64,000 bases of DNA from Kiritimatiellia bacterium (GCA_028700415.1 JAQVSS010000001.1:955-64954); one strand, 5' to 3'; numbered from the stretch's first letter, positions 9,741 through 19,808 are shown. Notes: generated from the letters alone by a model not told the origin. A program made the numbers and translations.

Positions 9741-10561
9741 ATTGCCTTCCTCTCTGTACCGTTGCCGGCGCGGGGAATCTGCACGTTCCCCGTTCCCCCA
9801 AGTTTCAGTCCATCGTAGCTCACCCGTATGCCCGGCGGCAGTCGCGCCTCCAGCTCGGCATGGTCCACATCGTGGCACAAATGAATCAGGTATGACTCTT
9901 TCGCGCCGATCTTCGACAACAGCGCCAAACTCTCTTCCACACAGATGTGCGAAGGGTGCGGCGTGTACCGGAGCGCGTCGAGGATCATCAGGTCCACGCC
10001 ATGCAACGCACGCACCGTCGCCTCCGGCATGGCGTGACAGTCAGGCACATACCCGAACCTGCGCCCGCCGTGCTCGATCAGGTATCCCGTCATTTTGCGC
10101 CCGTGCCGCACGTCGAGCGGCGTCAGCCGCACACCGCCGATCCCGAAAGGCCCGGTGATCTCAACAAACTCCACAACCGGCCGGTAGAGGCCGTGGGGCG
10201 AGGGCTTGTTGCCGACATAGTTGAACACGCGCTGCACATCCGCCAGCGTCTCCGCATCCGCATACGTCGGGATCGCGCGCTTCTGGAGGGTGTTGAAACG
10301 CCGGATGTCGTCAAACCCGAAAATGTGATCCGCATGGGCGTGGGTGAACACCACCGCGTCCACCCGCTCGATCCCGAAGTCCAACGCCTGCTGCCGGAAA
10401 TCCGGCGGCGTATCGATCACGAACGCCGTCTCTTCCGTGCGCACATACAGGCTCGTCCTGCGGCGCGTGTTCCGGGGATCTTTCGACGAGCACACCGCGC
10501 AGTGGCAACCGATCATCGGCACCCCCACCGAGGTTCCCGTCCCTAAAAAAGTCACTTCCAT
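9737..10561 (-). CDS. MBL-fold metallo-hydrolase (PhnP/GPMDP-like)
   Basis: MEVTFLGTGTSVGVPMIGCHCAVC N-terminus from the ATG at 10561. HAHADH metal-binding motif (THAHADHIFG). 4-nt overlap with the downstream gene. Confidence 0.8.
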   Translation of the reverse strand: MEVTFLGTGTSVGVPMIGCHCAVCSSKDPRNTRRRTSLYVRTEETAFVIDTPPDFRQQALDFGIERVDAVVFTHAHADHIFGFDDIRRFNTLQKRAIPTYADAETLADVQRVFNYVGNKPSPHGLYRPVVEFVEITGPFGIGGVRLTPLDVRHGRKMTGYLIEHGGRRFGYVPDCHAMPEATVRALHGVDLMILDALRYTPHPSHICVEESLALLSKIGAKESYLIHLCHDVDHAELEARLPPGIRVSYDGLKLGGTGNVQIPRAGNGTERKAI

Positions 10562-10756
10562 GGGCATCGGCGCAAGTATACCACAAGCCCCCCCATCCGC
10601 CACCCTCAATTCCCCGCCCTCATTATCGCGTCTTGGAATCCGCTGGACGATCCGGCACAGTACGGTGTACGCTGTGCCCCTTGGTCTTGGGACAGCGCGG
10701 CGACGCGCTACCCGTTCTGTTTCTCCGGCGGGCACAACGAGCCGAACACCGCCTCC

Positions 10757-11164
10757 ATGCTTCCCTACATCCCGTTCAACGACGATCTGAACCGTTTCAT
10801 CTTCACGGTCACCGGACTCCCGTGGGACAAGGCCAAGGTCACATGGGGCAACACCTCCAAGACGTTCGCCAAAGCGGAGCTGGAGAAGGGCGTCAATCTC
10901 GCCGCCGCGTTCGCCGAGGCGAACCCTTTTCGGGAGCCGTTCTCAAAAGTCAGGGATGCGGTCGCGAAAAAGCAAAGTTTCGAAACCGTCCTGATCAAGT
11001 CTCACATCACGCATCTGAAGCCGCTCGAGGATGACCCCGACTGCAAAGCCGCCGCGGAGGCCTTTAAGGCCATGCTGCTGAAAAAACGCGAGGCCCTCCG
11101 CAAAGCCGTCAGCGAGGCGGTTGTCCCGGTCAGAAGCACGCTGAAGGTCGAGCCCGCCGGCTGA
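10757..11164 (+). CDS. hypothetical protein
   Basis: 135-aa ORF with genome-typical GC3 bias after the ATG at 10757. The upstream frame is open but compositionally non-coding. No SD and no recognised family. Confidence 0.35.
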   Translation: MLPYIPFNDDLNRFIFTVTGLPWDKAKVTWGNTSKTFAKAELEKGVNLAAAFAEANPFREPFSKVRDAVAKKQSFETVLIKSHITHLKPLEDDPDCKAAAEAFKAMLLKKREALRKAVSEAVVPVRSTLKVEPAG

Positions 11165-11175
11165 CGCGCCTGGCC

Positions 11176-13086
11176 TCACTTCTCCGGTAACGCCGCGGAG
11201 CCCACGCCGCGGCGCATCTGTTCCTGAAGCGCTCCGAGGTGGTTTTGGAAGACGCCGCGCGGGGTCGTGTTGTGGCGGGTGCAGAGCGACGCCGCCATGC
11301 CGACCACCTCGCCCATCATGCCGCCCGTGCGCATCACGCGCACGGAACCGAGCGCCACATGCGTCACGCTGATGTCGCGTCCAGCCATCAGGAGATTCTC
11401 GACGTTGCGGCTGTACAGGCACCGGTAAGGGAAGGCGTAGGGCTTGATCTCCTTGCTCTTCGCGATGGAACGGAATTCCAGGCCGGGAAACTGCCTGCTG
11501 TTCTCAGGGTTCGGATAGTGAAGGTCCAGCCCCCACGTCGTGGTGACGCAGGCGTCGGGATAGGCGCGCTGTTCCTCGATGTCCTGCTGGCACAGGATCA
11601 CGTCGCCCAGCAGTCGGCGGCTCTCGCGCTTGCCGCCAATGTAGGCGACCCAAGACAAACGCCGGTTGGCGAAGGCCGCCTTCTTGGAACTGTGGTTCTT
11701 GAGAAAAGCCCAGTTGCCAAAGGTCGCGCGCAGGGCGAGATCCCGGATCTGCTCGATGTCCCGGACCGAGTCGAGGTTCAACCCGGCCTCCCAATCCCAG
11801 TCGCCGCGCGTCATCGGCTGCGAGGTCTCCTCTGTAAAAGGCAGTGCCCACGGACATTCCGGGAAGGGCACTGCCCTTTCCTCGTTCTCCGAGTACCATT
11901 GTACCGACACCCCCATCATCAGCGCGTCGGCCTGTTCGGGGGCGAGATCCTCACCCGTTTCGCCCTTTGATTCGCGGCCGGAACGGAAATCGGCGCCGGC
12001 CAGAAAACCGACGCAGCCGTCGCCCGTGCAGTCGGCGAACAGGCGTCCGCGGAAACGCGTGTCGCGCCCCGTCACGATATCCCGCCCCACGACCGCCGCA
12101 ATGCGTGCGCCCTCCTTCTCGGCCTTGGTCACGCGCGTCGACAAAAACAGCCGAAGGTTCTTCTCGCCCTGCACGACGCGGAGCTTCTGCGCGTCTTCGT
12201 AATTGCCGGCCGGCCCCGCGTTATGCTGCTTCTTTTCGGGATGCGCCGCGATGACCGAGAAAACTTCTTTGCTGCGCGGCAAACCGGGGTTACGTTTGGC
12301 GTCATAGAAGTTCCAATGGCCGACCGGGCCGATTTCGTCCACAAGGTCTCCGAGCCGCGGGTAGGGTTTCTGGTGGATCAAACCGGAGAGGCCGACGCGC
12401 GTCTCGGAACTGTTGTTTCCGCCGAGCACCGGACGGTCGTGGACAAGGGCGACCCGGCATCCCAGCCGCGCCGCGCTGACCGCCGCACAGCAGCCGGCCA
12501 TGCCCCCGCCCACCACCACGAGGTCGTACCCGCCCCCGTCTTCCGGCACACCGGACAGGCCCAGCGCCTGGCGCCGGAACGTTTCCATGGGCACACCCTC
12601 ATTGGGCGGGACGAGCCGGTCATCGGTCGTCAGCAGAACCGCGTCGCAACGCCCATCGAACCCGGTCAGGTCATGCAGCGCGAGCTTGACGGTGCCTGCT
12701 GGCAGCTCGACCTTGCCGCCCTCCTGCCAGTGCCACGCCGCGCCCTCCGCGCCAAACAGCGTGCCGAGCACGCGCCCGTTGACGGCCAGCTGAAACTTGC
12801 CCGGCGCGCCCGGCGCCTTCCACGTCGCCACCCAGTCCCGGGTGCGGACCAGCACGCGATAGGTCCCCGCCGAAGGGACCGCCACCGTTGTCACGGCGTC
12901 CGCCACCGGCACACCCAGCCCGTGCGCAAGCAGATACGGCGAACCCATCTGATCCATCGCCTGTTGGTCGATGACCCACCCGCCCCGGTCCGAAAACCCT
13001 TCGGCCTCGACGAGAATGTCCGCCCCCCGCGCCTCCCGTATCCCAGCCGTAAAAAGCAAGACCGCCATAACAATCGGGTTTCTCAT
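11176..13086 (-). CDS. FAD-dependent oxidoreductase (PF12831-like), secreted
   Basis: Signal peptide MRNPIVMAVLLFTAGIREARGA. Dinucleotide-binding motif YDLVVVGGGMAGCCAAVSAARLGCRVALV...LGGN. Family is common in glycan-utilisation loci of PVC bacteria. Confidence 0.75.
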   Translation of the reverse strand: MRNPIVMAVLLFTAGIREARGADILVEAEGFSDRGGWVIDQQAMDQMGSPYLLAHGLGVPVADAVTTVAVPSAGTYRVLVRTRDWVATWKAPGAPGKFQLAVNGRVLGTLFGAEGAAWHWQEGGKVELPAGTVKLALHDLTGFDGRCDAVLLTTDDRLVPPNEGVPMETFRRQALGLSGVPEDGGGYDLVVVGGGMAGCCAAVSAARLGCRVALVHDRPVLGGNNSSETRVGLSGLIHQKPYPRLGDLVDEIGPVGHWNFYDAKRNPGLPRSKEVFSVIAAHPEKKQHNAGPAGNYEDAQKLRVVQGEKNLRLFLSTRVTKAEKEGARIAAVVGRDIVTGRDTRFRGRLFADCTGDGCVGFLAGADFRSGRESKGETGEDLAPEQADALMMGVSVQWYSENEERAVPFPECPWALPFTEETSQPMTRGDWDWEAGLNLDSVRDIEQIRDLALRATFGNWAFLKNHSSKKAAFANRRLSWVAYIGGKRESRRLLGDVILCQQDIEEQRAYPDACVTTTWGLDLHYPNPENSRQFPGLEFRSIAKSKEIKPYAFPYRCLYSRNVENLLMAGRDISVTHVALGSVRVMRTGGMMGEVVGMAASLCTRHNTTPRGVFQNHLGALQEQMRRGVGSAALPEK

Positions 13087-13117
13087 TGTGTTTTGTTTTC
13101 CTTATTATGATCGGGTT

Positions 13118-15169
13118 TCAATCCTCTACGCGCCTGAGCGGCTCATCCAGATGCGCGGAAACCGCGGCCCGGGGCGGCGTCAGCAGGCAAATGTCCGCGA
13201 ACTTGGCCATGGCCAGCGTCGCGGGATCCTGCGAACAGACAGCGAGTCCGATCGCATTGCCCGGAGGCAGTTCCAGTGAGCACTCGGCGAAAGGATACCA
13301 GTTGCGGCCATAGCTGGAGACACAGGCCTGAAACATCTTGCCGTTGCGGATGATCTTGAGATAAACCGGGAGCTGGAGCGGGCGCCCGGTGCGTTTGACG
13401 ATGACAGCCGTCTCATCCGGTTTCCGGGTTTGCAGGAACAGCTCGCCGCTGCCGAGAAATCCGAAGAGCAACCCGGGCCCATGCGTAAAGTCATCCCCCT
13501 TGACCAGCAGGCCTGTAATGGCTAACCCGTTCTTATCGGCGATCATTTTGACTTGCGCGGACAACGAATAGTCGCCCGAGACTTTCGTCCATACGAACCG
13601 GCCACAGTCGTGACCGTTCCACATGCCTGTGCCCGTGCTCTGAACAACCACTGTTTCGCCCATCTGGATCGTGCTGCCGTGCGGCACGGGCTCGCCAAGA
13701 TTGACGCTTTGCCATTTCGGTTGGATGCGGGTGGTGAAAAGTTCCGGAATGGGTACAGAGAGTGCCGGCGAGGGGGGCTTGACCGGCAAAGGCGCGCCTT
13801 GTTGGGGAGCGCCCTCCTTCCGGACAGGCGCAACAGGTTCAGTCTGAGGTTGCGGCCGGCCGACCGGCAGCGCCGCAGTTTTCGCCGGTTCCGCATCCCC
13901 GCTGACAGACGCAGCGGCTTCGGGTGCCCGTTGAGCCGCCGAGAGCGTTTTACTCTCCGGGCGTCCGGCGAACTTCCCGTGGAGCCACTCCAACGTCTGA
14001 TCAAAGGAATGTTCCCTGACGGCAATCAGGATTTCGGCCACGGCGATCAGGCCAAGGACGGAGACGAGTGCGTGGCGTCGCGAAGGCAGAGGTATTTTGA
14101 GACGGGCAAAGACACGGTGCGCAAACCCGGAAACGCCGGGGATCCCGGGCGGCGTCGAATCAAGTTGAGCCAGGGCTTCCCGGATACCGGCGGCGACGGC
14201 ATCGCTGTCGAGCTGGCGTTTCTCCGGATCGATTTCGAGCATCCGCATGACCAGTTTCTGCGTAAGCAACGACACGTGGTGCGCATGTTTCCGGAGCGGG
14301 ACGGGGGGGTGCGAGACCCGCGCCTTGAAAATGTCTGCCGACGTCACCCCCTCACTCGGGGGCCGCCCTGCCAACAGGTGGTAAAGCGTGGCCCCGAGGC
14401 TATAGAGGTCGCTGCGATGGGTGTCGGCGGATCCCCGGATCAGTTCCGGGGCAATATAGAACGGTGTGCCCAGAAGGGTTCCTCTGCTGTCACGGCGCCT
14501 CATGCCGGAGAGCCCGAAATCGACGAGCTTGGCGTTGCCGTCCCGGTCGAGCACGATGTTACCCGGCTTGATATCACCGTGTGCCAAGCCTTCGCGGTGA
14601 AGAGCCGACAACCCGTCCGCCACATCCAAGGCCATCCGCAGAGCCGCGCGCTCATCAATGTGCCCCTCGCGCGCCAGCCTCTGGGCGAAATCTTCGCCCG
14701 TCACCAGTTCCATGACCAGAAAAGGAAAGCCGTTTGAGAAATTGAGCGCATGCACCTGAGCCACCCGGGGATGATTCAGTTTCCCCGCGGCACAAGCCTC
14801 GTTGCGCAGTTGCTCGCAGGACTCAGGGTCGTCGACATGACACCCCCGGACCAATTTGATCGCCACGTCGCGCTTCAGGGATTCGTCGGTCGCACGGTAG
14901 ACTGTCCCCATCTCGCCTTCACCGATGCGCTGATACAAAAGGAAACCGCCCACCCGCCCCGGCACAAAAACCTTGCCCCCACACTTTGGGCAAAGCAGGC
15001 TTGAGAGAGGTTTGGCGTTTGCCAGCGGCACGACCTCTTTACAGTGCGGGCAGTTTGTCTCCGGCACGCTTTCGAAGAGTATCCCGGTTTGGGGAACACT
15101 CCTCAGCACCCCGACAGGATCACGCTTCACGGCGCGCAGAACAATTGTTGTGTCTGGTTCAGTTGCCAC
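13118..15169 (-). CDS. serine/threonine protein kinase with N-terminal zinc-ribbon, TM segment and C-terminal extracytoplasmic beta-sandwich domain
   Basis: CxxC...CxxC ribbon (CPHCKEVVPL...CPKCGGKV). Hanks kinase motifs IGEGEMGTVYRA, AIKLV, HGDIKPGNIVL, DFGLS, APE. Hydrophobic segment LVSVLGLIAVAEILIAV. GTG start at 15169. Confidence 0.85.
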   Translation of the reverse strand: MATEPDTTIVLRAVKRDPVGVLRSVPQTGILFESVPETNCPHCKEVVPLANAKPLSSLLCPKCGGKVFVPGRVGGFLLYQRIGEGEMGTVYRATDESLKRDVAIKLVRGCHVDDPESCEQLRNEACAAGKLNHPRVAQVHALNFSNGFPFLVMELVTGEDFAQRLAREGHIDERAALRMALDVADGLSALHREGLAHGDIKPGNIVLDRDGNAKLVDFGLSGMRRRDSRGTLLGTPFYIAPELIRGSADTHRSDLYSLGATLYHLLAGRPPSEGVTSADIFKARVSHPPVPLRKHAHHVSLLTQKLVMRMLEIDPEKRQLDSDAVAAGIREALAQLDSTPPGIPGVSGFAHRVFARLKIPLPSRRHALVSVLGLIAVAEILIAVREHSFDQTLEWLHGKFAGRPESKTLSAAQRAPEAAASVSGDAEPAKTAALPVGRPQPQTEPVAPVRKEGAPQQGAPLPVKPPSPALSVPIPELFTTRIQPKWQSVNLGEPVPHGSTIQMGETVVVQSTGTGMWNGHDCGRFVWTKVSGDYSLSAQVKMIADKNGLAITGLLVKGDDFTHGPGLLFGFLGSGELFLQTRKPDETAVIVKRTGRPLQLPVYLKIIRNGKMFQACVSSYGRNWYPFAECSLELPPGNAIGLAVCSQDPATLAMAKFADICLLTPPRAAVSAHLDEPLRRVED

Positions 15170-15278
15170 AGTATTACCAAAACATTTTCGGGTGAATTAT
15201 CACATAATCGGGCACCTCAACACAACACCATATGCCGTAAACGCCATATTTATTGGAGATTTGGAGATTGCCGCAGGA

Positions 15279-15307
15279 TTGACAGGCACTCCCGAATTCT
15301 TTAAAGT
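15279..15307 (+). promoter_or_regulatory. candidate sigma70-type promoter for the STAS operon
   Basis: TTGACA, 17-nt spacer, then TAAAGT in the AT-rich divergent intergenic region 15170-15381, about 70 nt upstream of the GTG at 15382. Confidence 0.25.
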
Positions 15308-15381
15308 TAAAAAATCTCCGCTGAAAACAAACATGACGCGTTTCTGCGGACGGGTTCCGAAAAGGCGAAAGGCGGTATGGC

Positions 15382-15717
15382 GTGAATATCTCGATCGAAC
15401 GGAAAAATGAAGTGACGACGGTAGTGGCGGGCGGACGGCTGGATGTCATGGGGGCACCCGAAATCGAGGCGAGCTGCAAAAAGCTGATCGCCGAGGGGAC
15501 CCAACGGCTTCTGCTGGACATGGCGTCGGTCGAGTACATCAGCAGCGCCGGGCTGCGTAGCCTGCTGGTGCTGGCCAAGGCGATGAAGGCCTCTGGGGGC
15601 ACCATGGTCCTGTGCAGCCTGACCGCCGCCGTGCGCGAAGTGATGGAGATTTCCGGCTTTGACAACATTCTTTCGTTGGCTGCAGACCGTCCCGCCGGGA
15701 TGGCTCTGTTAACGTAG
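15382..15717 (+). CDS. STAS-domain anti-sigma-factor antagonist (SpoIIAA/RsbV-like)
   Basis: 111 aa with the phosphorylatable-serine motif DMASVEYISSAGLRSL and the typical STAS fold. GTG start. Confidence 0.85.
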   Translation: MNISIERKNEVTTVVAGGRLDVMGAPEIEASCKKLIAEGTQRLLLDMASVEYISSAGLRSLLVLAKAMKASGGTMVLCSLTAAVREVMEISGFDNILSLAADRPAGMALLT

Positions 15718-16763
15718 TGCGGACGGATAAAACGCGCCCCATGAAACAGCAAGCGACAACTCGGACACTTTTAGTGAGCCGGTTTTTCACGGCGGCCTTG
15801 CTCGTTTGCCTGTCCGGTTGCTCCGTTTTTGCGCAGGCCCAAGGAGGAGACGCGAAACCGGCACCCGTCCGCATCGCCTTGCAGTGGCTGCCTCAAAGCC
15901 AGTTTGCCGGCTTTTACATGGCCCTTGAGAAAGGCCGCTACCGGGAAGCGGGGCTCGATGTCGTTTTGCTCCATACCGGCCCGGGGCCTTCGTCGCATGA
16001 TTTTCTTGTTCAGGGCAAGGCGGACTTTTCCACCCTGTTTCTGGCCGATGCGGTCTTCGGCAACGGCAAGCCGGCCGCGCTGGCGAACGTGGCCCAGTTT
16101 TCCCAGCGTTCCAACCTCCTGCTGGTGGCCTGGAAAGATATGGGGATCGAAAAACCGGCCGACCTCGACGGGCGCACGGTCAGTTATTGGCAAAGCGCCT
16201 TTTCAATGGCCTTTGATGTCTTTTTCAGGCAGCAGCACATCCGCCCGGTGGCGATACCGCAGCACTATTCGGTCAATCTCTTCCTCAAGCGCGGCGTGGC
16301 CGCCTGCGCCGCCATGACGTACAATGAATACCATCGGATCTATCAGGCCGGCGTGGATTACGACCGGCTGACCGTTTTCAAGATGCGCGACTTCGGCTTG
16401 GGTTTTCCGGAAGACGGGCTCTACACCCTCACCGAAACCGCCAAACGGAAACCCGAGGTGTGCCGGGCGTTACGCGAGGCCACATTGGCGGGCTGGGAAT
16501 ATGCGCGGCGGCACCCGGACGAGGCGGTTGAGACGGTGGTGCGGGAGTCGCGCCGCGCGGGCGTGCCCGTCAACCGTCCGCACACCCTCTGGATGCTGAG
16601 TCATGTGCTTGATTCCGTTTGCCCGCCTGAAGCCGGAGTGCGCCGCGGACATCTCGACCGCTCCGCCTACACGGACACCGTGCGGTCGATGATCGCCGCT
16701 GGGGTGATCAGCCAAGCGCCGCCGTTTGAAGATTTCGCCCCATTTGAAGCGGGAGTGCCATGA
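15717..16763 (+). CDS. ABC-type substrate-binding protein, NMT1/THI5 (SsuA/TauA)-like, lipoprotein signal
   Basis: Signal plus lipobox LLVCLSGCSVFA. NMT1-like fold (IALQWLPQSQFAGFYMALEKG). Start may be the Met at 15741. Its stop overlaps the next gene's start. Confidence 0.7.
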   Translation: MRTDKTRPMKQQATTRTLLVSRFFTAALLVCLSGCSVFAQAQGGDAKPAPVRIALQWLPQSQFAGFYMALEKGRYREAGLDVVLLHTGPGPSSHDFLVQGKADFSTLFLADAVFGNGKPAALANVAQFSQRSNLLLVAWKDMGIEKPADLDGRTVSYWQSAFSMAFDVFFRQQHIRPVAIPQHYSVNLFLKRGVAACAAMTYNEYHRIYQAGVDYDRLTVFKMRDFGLGFPEDGLYTLTETAKRKPEVCRALREATLAGWEYARRHPDEAVETVVRESRRAGVPVNRPHTLWMLSHVLDSVCPPEAGVRRGHLDRSAYTDTVRSMIAAGVISQAPPFEDFAPFEAGVP

Positions 16764-19132
16764 AGGGTTTCAACTCCATTCGACAACGCTTGCTGACCTG
16801 GGTGCTGGCTGTCGCCGGCCTGATCCTGGTGGCGGTCATCGTCTGGAGCTATTCGGCGTCGCGACACCGGCTGGAGGGCGAAATGGAAGCCAAGGCCGGT
16901 TTCCTCGCGGATAGCGCGGCCCGGCAGATTGACGCCCAGCTCGGTGTCCTGCAGGGGGTTGTCCACGGCATGGCTCTCGCACTCGAGTCTCAACATCTGG
17001 CCATGCCGTTTGAGCAGGTGCGCGCGTTACAGACCGAGTGCCTCGAGAAAAACCCCGGTATCTACGGGGTTTGTGTGGCGCTCGAGCCGGAAACGGCACC
17101 ATCCGGCTGGCCGGACCTGGCCCCATGGGGATACCGCGAAGGGAAGGCGTTGGTCTACGAGGGGCTCTCCGGCTCCACCTGCGGGCATCTCAGGGAGGAC
17201 TGGTTCGGCTTGCCGAAACATCTGGGGCGCCCAGTCTGGAGCGAGCCCTACGAATGGAAAGGCGTCCTGATGGTGACCTATTCGGTGCCGGTCTATTCCG
17301 GCGATGCGCCGAAACGCCGGTTTGCAGGCGTGGTCACCTGTGACCTGACCCTCGACTGGCTCGACCGCATGATCGCGGCCCTCCCGTTGGGCAAAGGCGG
17401 CTACGGTCTGCTGATCAGCCGGAACGCGACCTACGTGGCGCACCCCCTCCGCGAGCTTGTGCTCAACGAAACGGTCTACAGCATCGCCGAAGCGCGCAAC
17501 GACCCGGCACTGAGGAAGACCGGGCAACAGATGGTTTCCGGGAAACCGGGCGTCATCCCCTTCAAAAGTTTCGTCACGGAAGACCTCTCTTGGCTGGCCT
17601 ATACGCCGCTGCGCTCCGGCGACTGGATCATGGCCGCGATTATTTCGCGCGACGAAATGAATGCGGCCATCATCCAATTGAGCCGCAACCAAATGGCCAT
17701 CGGCCTGCTCGGCTTGCTCCTGCTCGCGCTGGCCATCGGGCGCATCGCACGTTCAATCACACGCCCCCTCGCCAAGCTGAGCGAAGCGGCCAACACGCTC
17801 GCGGGCGGCAACCTGGATGCGCCCTTGCCGGAGCCGCCGGGACGGGACGAAGTGGCCCATTTGACCCATGCGTTTGCCGAAATGCGCGACAACCTCCGCC
17901 GCTACGTCTCGGATTTGCGCGAAACAACGGCCGCCCGTGAACGGATGAGCAGCGAGTTGCGCATCGCGCACGACATCCAAATGGGGCTTGTCCCGAAAAC
18001 CTTCCCCGCCTTCCCTTCGAGGAACGATCTCGATTTGTACGGGGTGCTCGAACCGGCGCGGGAGGTCGGCGGCGATTTCTACGACTTCTTCCTGCTGGAC
18101 GACAACCGGATCGCCCTGGCCATCGGCGACGTTTCCGGCAAGGGAGTGCCCGCAGCCCTGTTCATGGCCGTCACGCGCAGCTTCCTGCGCTCCGCGTTCA
18201 AAGCCGAGACCGATCCGGCCGCAGTGATGGCCAACGTCAACGGGGAATTGGTCGAGGGCAACGACACCTGCATGTTTGTGACGCTTTTCTGCGCGGTGCT
18301 CGATCTGACCACCGGACGCCTGCGATACGCCAATGCCGGACACAATCCGCCCGCCATCCGCCATCCCGATGGGAGCGCCGAATGGATCGCGCGGCCGCGG
18401 GGCCCCATCGCCGGCGTCGTGCCCAAAGCCGTCTATGAGGACGGGACCCTCGTCCTGTCAGCCGACGACACGCTGATTCTCTATACCGACGGCGTGACCG
18501 AAGCGATGAATGCGGCGGAGGAACTCTACGGGGAAAAACGGATGTCCGACAGCCTTGCGGCCCCCGCGTGCGGCGGAGATTGCCGCACCACAACCGAACG
18601 GATGCTTGCGGACATCCGTGCCTTCACGCAGGGGGCCGAGCAATCCGACGACATCACCCTGTTGGTCATCAAGAGCCGCACGGCTTCCGCGCTGCCCCCC
18701 CCCGATTGTGCTGCGGGGCACCACGAGTTTTCCGTGGAGAACAATTTCGCCGACATGGAGCGGGTGCTGGACGACGTGGGGGCACTTCTGGACGCACGCC
18801 AGTTTTCCGCAAAACGGAACTATTCGGTGAGGCTCGCTTTGGATGAACTGCTCTCCAACGTCATCAAATATGCCTACGACGACGCCTCCAGCCACCGGAT
18901 CGCGCTGAACCTCGAACTGGACATCCCGTTCGCTTTGACGATCGCCGACGACGGCAAACCGTTCAACCCTTTGGAAGACGCCCCTCCCCCGGTCCTCGAC
19001 GGGCCGGTGGAGGACCGGCCCATCGGCGGACTGGGGCTGCACATCCTTCAGAAGATGGGCATGAAACTGGCCTACCGCCGGGAGAACAACCGCAATGTCC
19101 TGCGCGTCGTAATCCCCGAAGACGAACATTGA
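16760..19132 (+). CDS. membrane sensor fusion protein: dCache-like periplasmic domain, TM, HAMP, PP2C (SpoIIE) phosphatase and C-terminal HATPase_c (RsbW-like serine kinase)
   Basis: N-terminal TM then a roughly 250-aa periplasmic region. HAMP segment AKLSEAANTLAGGNLDAPLPEPPGRDEVAHLTHAFAEM. PP2C motifs GGDFYDF, IGDVSGKGVPAALFM, LYTDGVTEA. C-terminal ATPase RLALDELLSNVIKYAY...DDGKPF...GGLGLHIL. Confidence 0.8.
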   Translation: MKGFNSIRQRLLTWVLAVAGLILVAVIVWSYSASRHRLEGEMEAKAGFLADSAARQIDAQLGVLQGVVHGMALALESQHLAMPFEQVRALQTECLEKNPGIYGVCVALEPETAPSGWPDLAPWGYREGKALVYEGLSGSTCGHLREDWFGLPKHLGRPVWSEPYEWKGVLMVTYSVPVYSGDAPKRRFAGVVTCDLTLDWLDRMIAALPLGKGGYGLLISRNATYVAHPLRELVLNETVYSIAEARNDPALRKTGQQMVSGKPGVIPFKSFVTEDLSWLAYTPLRSGDWIMAAIISRDEMNAAIIQLSRNQMAIGLLGLLLLALAIGRIARSITRPLAKLSEAANTLAGGNLDAPLPEPPGRDEVAHLTHAFAEMRDNLRRYVSDLRETTAARERMSSELRIAHDIQMGLVPKTFPAFPSRNDLDLYGVLEPAREVGGDFYDFFLLDDNRIALAIGDVSGKGVPAALFMAVTRSFLRSAFKAETDPAAVMANVNGELVEGNDTCMFVTLFCAVLDLTTGRLRYANAGHNPPAIRHPDGSAEWIARPRGPIAGVVPKAVYEDGTLVLSADDTLILYTDGVTEAMNAAEELYGEKRMSDSLAAPACGGDCRTTTERMLADIRAFTQGAEQSDDITLLVIKSRTASALPPPDCAAGHHEFSVENNFADMERVLDDVGALLDARQFSAKRNYSVRLALDELLSNVIKYAYDDASSHRIALNLELDIPFALTIADDGKPFNPLEDAPPPVLDGPVEDRPIGGLGLHILQKMGMKLAYRRENNRNVLRVVIPEDEH

Positions 19133-19172
19133 AACCGAAATCTTTAAGCTGTTTTGGGAGTTTTTTGCCGTC

Positions 19173-19808
19173 GTGAGTGCAGCCTCTGCCATCCTGCTTA
19201 CCACGGCCTGTGCGGGTTTGCTCGCCGGCGCAAACACGTTGACCTTTTTGACCGCCGCCGTTTCCGCAGCCGCCGCTTCCTGGCTGTGGTGTTTCCCTGT
19301 CTTGACGCACGCGCGCGAACTCTATGTCACCCTTGACCCGCAGAGCCCCAATGGCACACACGTTCTTGAGGCGATCCGCGAAGCCCTCGCACTCATCCAG
19401 CGAACCCGGTGCCCCGTCCTTCTGCGCATAACCGCAATCAGCCGTTTCGCCCGGCCGACTTTCCGGATCGATTTGGACCGCAACGGCGATCTCGAACTTT
19501 TTTGGAATGCCCGCCGCATCGCACTGAAGCAGCCCGGTGTCTGGCTCCCGGACCATCCCCTTCCCCTCACTTTGCCGAACACCCTCAGCATTTCCCTGAG
19601 GCTAGAGCCGTGCGGCACAGAACGGATCCGCGCGTCACTCGCGCCGTGGCCTGTCGCACGCAGGTCCTGCCCATGGTTTGTGATCGCGCTAGGGATCGTT
19701 GTGGCCTGCGTCCTCGACACCGCCTGGCTGCTCGCGGCCATACTCGGGTTTGCGGCACAATCCTATCTGTTGCACTACCAAGCGCAACGTGCGCCCGACA
19801 ATCCATAG
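19173..19808 (+). CDS. hypothetical membrane protein
   Basis: 211-aa ORF with hydrophobic N- and C-terminal segments. Its 3' 120 nt overlap the convergent sugar-transferase ORF. No family recognised. Confidence 0.35.
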   Translation: MSAASAILLTTACAGLLAGANTLTFLTAAVSAAAASWLWCFPVLTHARELYVTLDPQSPNGTHVLEAIREALALIQRTRCPVLLRITAISRFARPTFRIDLDRNGDLELFWNARRIALKQPGVWLPDHPLPLTLPNTLSISLRLEPCGTERIRASLAPWPVARRSCPWFVIALGIVVACVLDTAWLLAAILGFAAQSYLLHYQAQRAPDNP

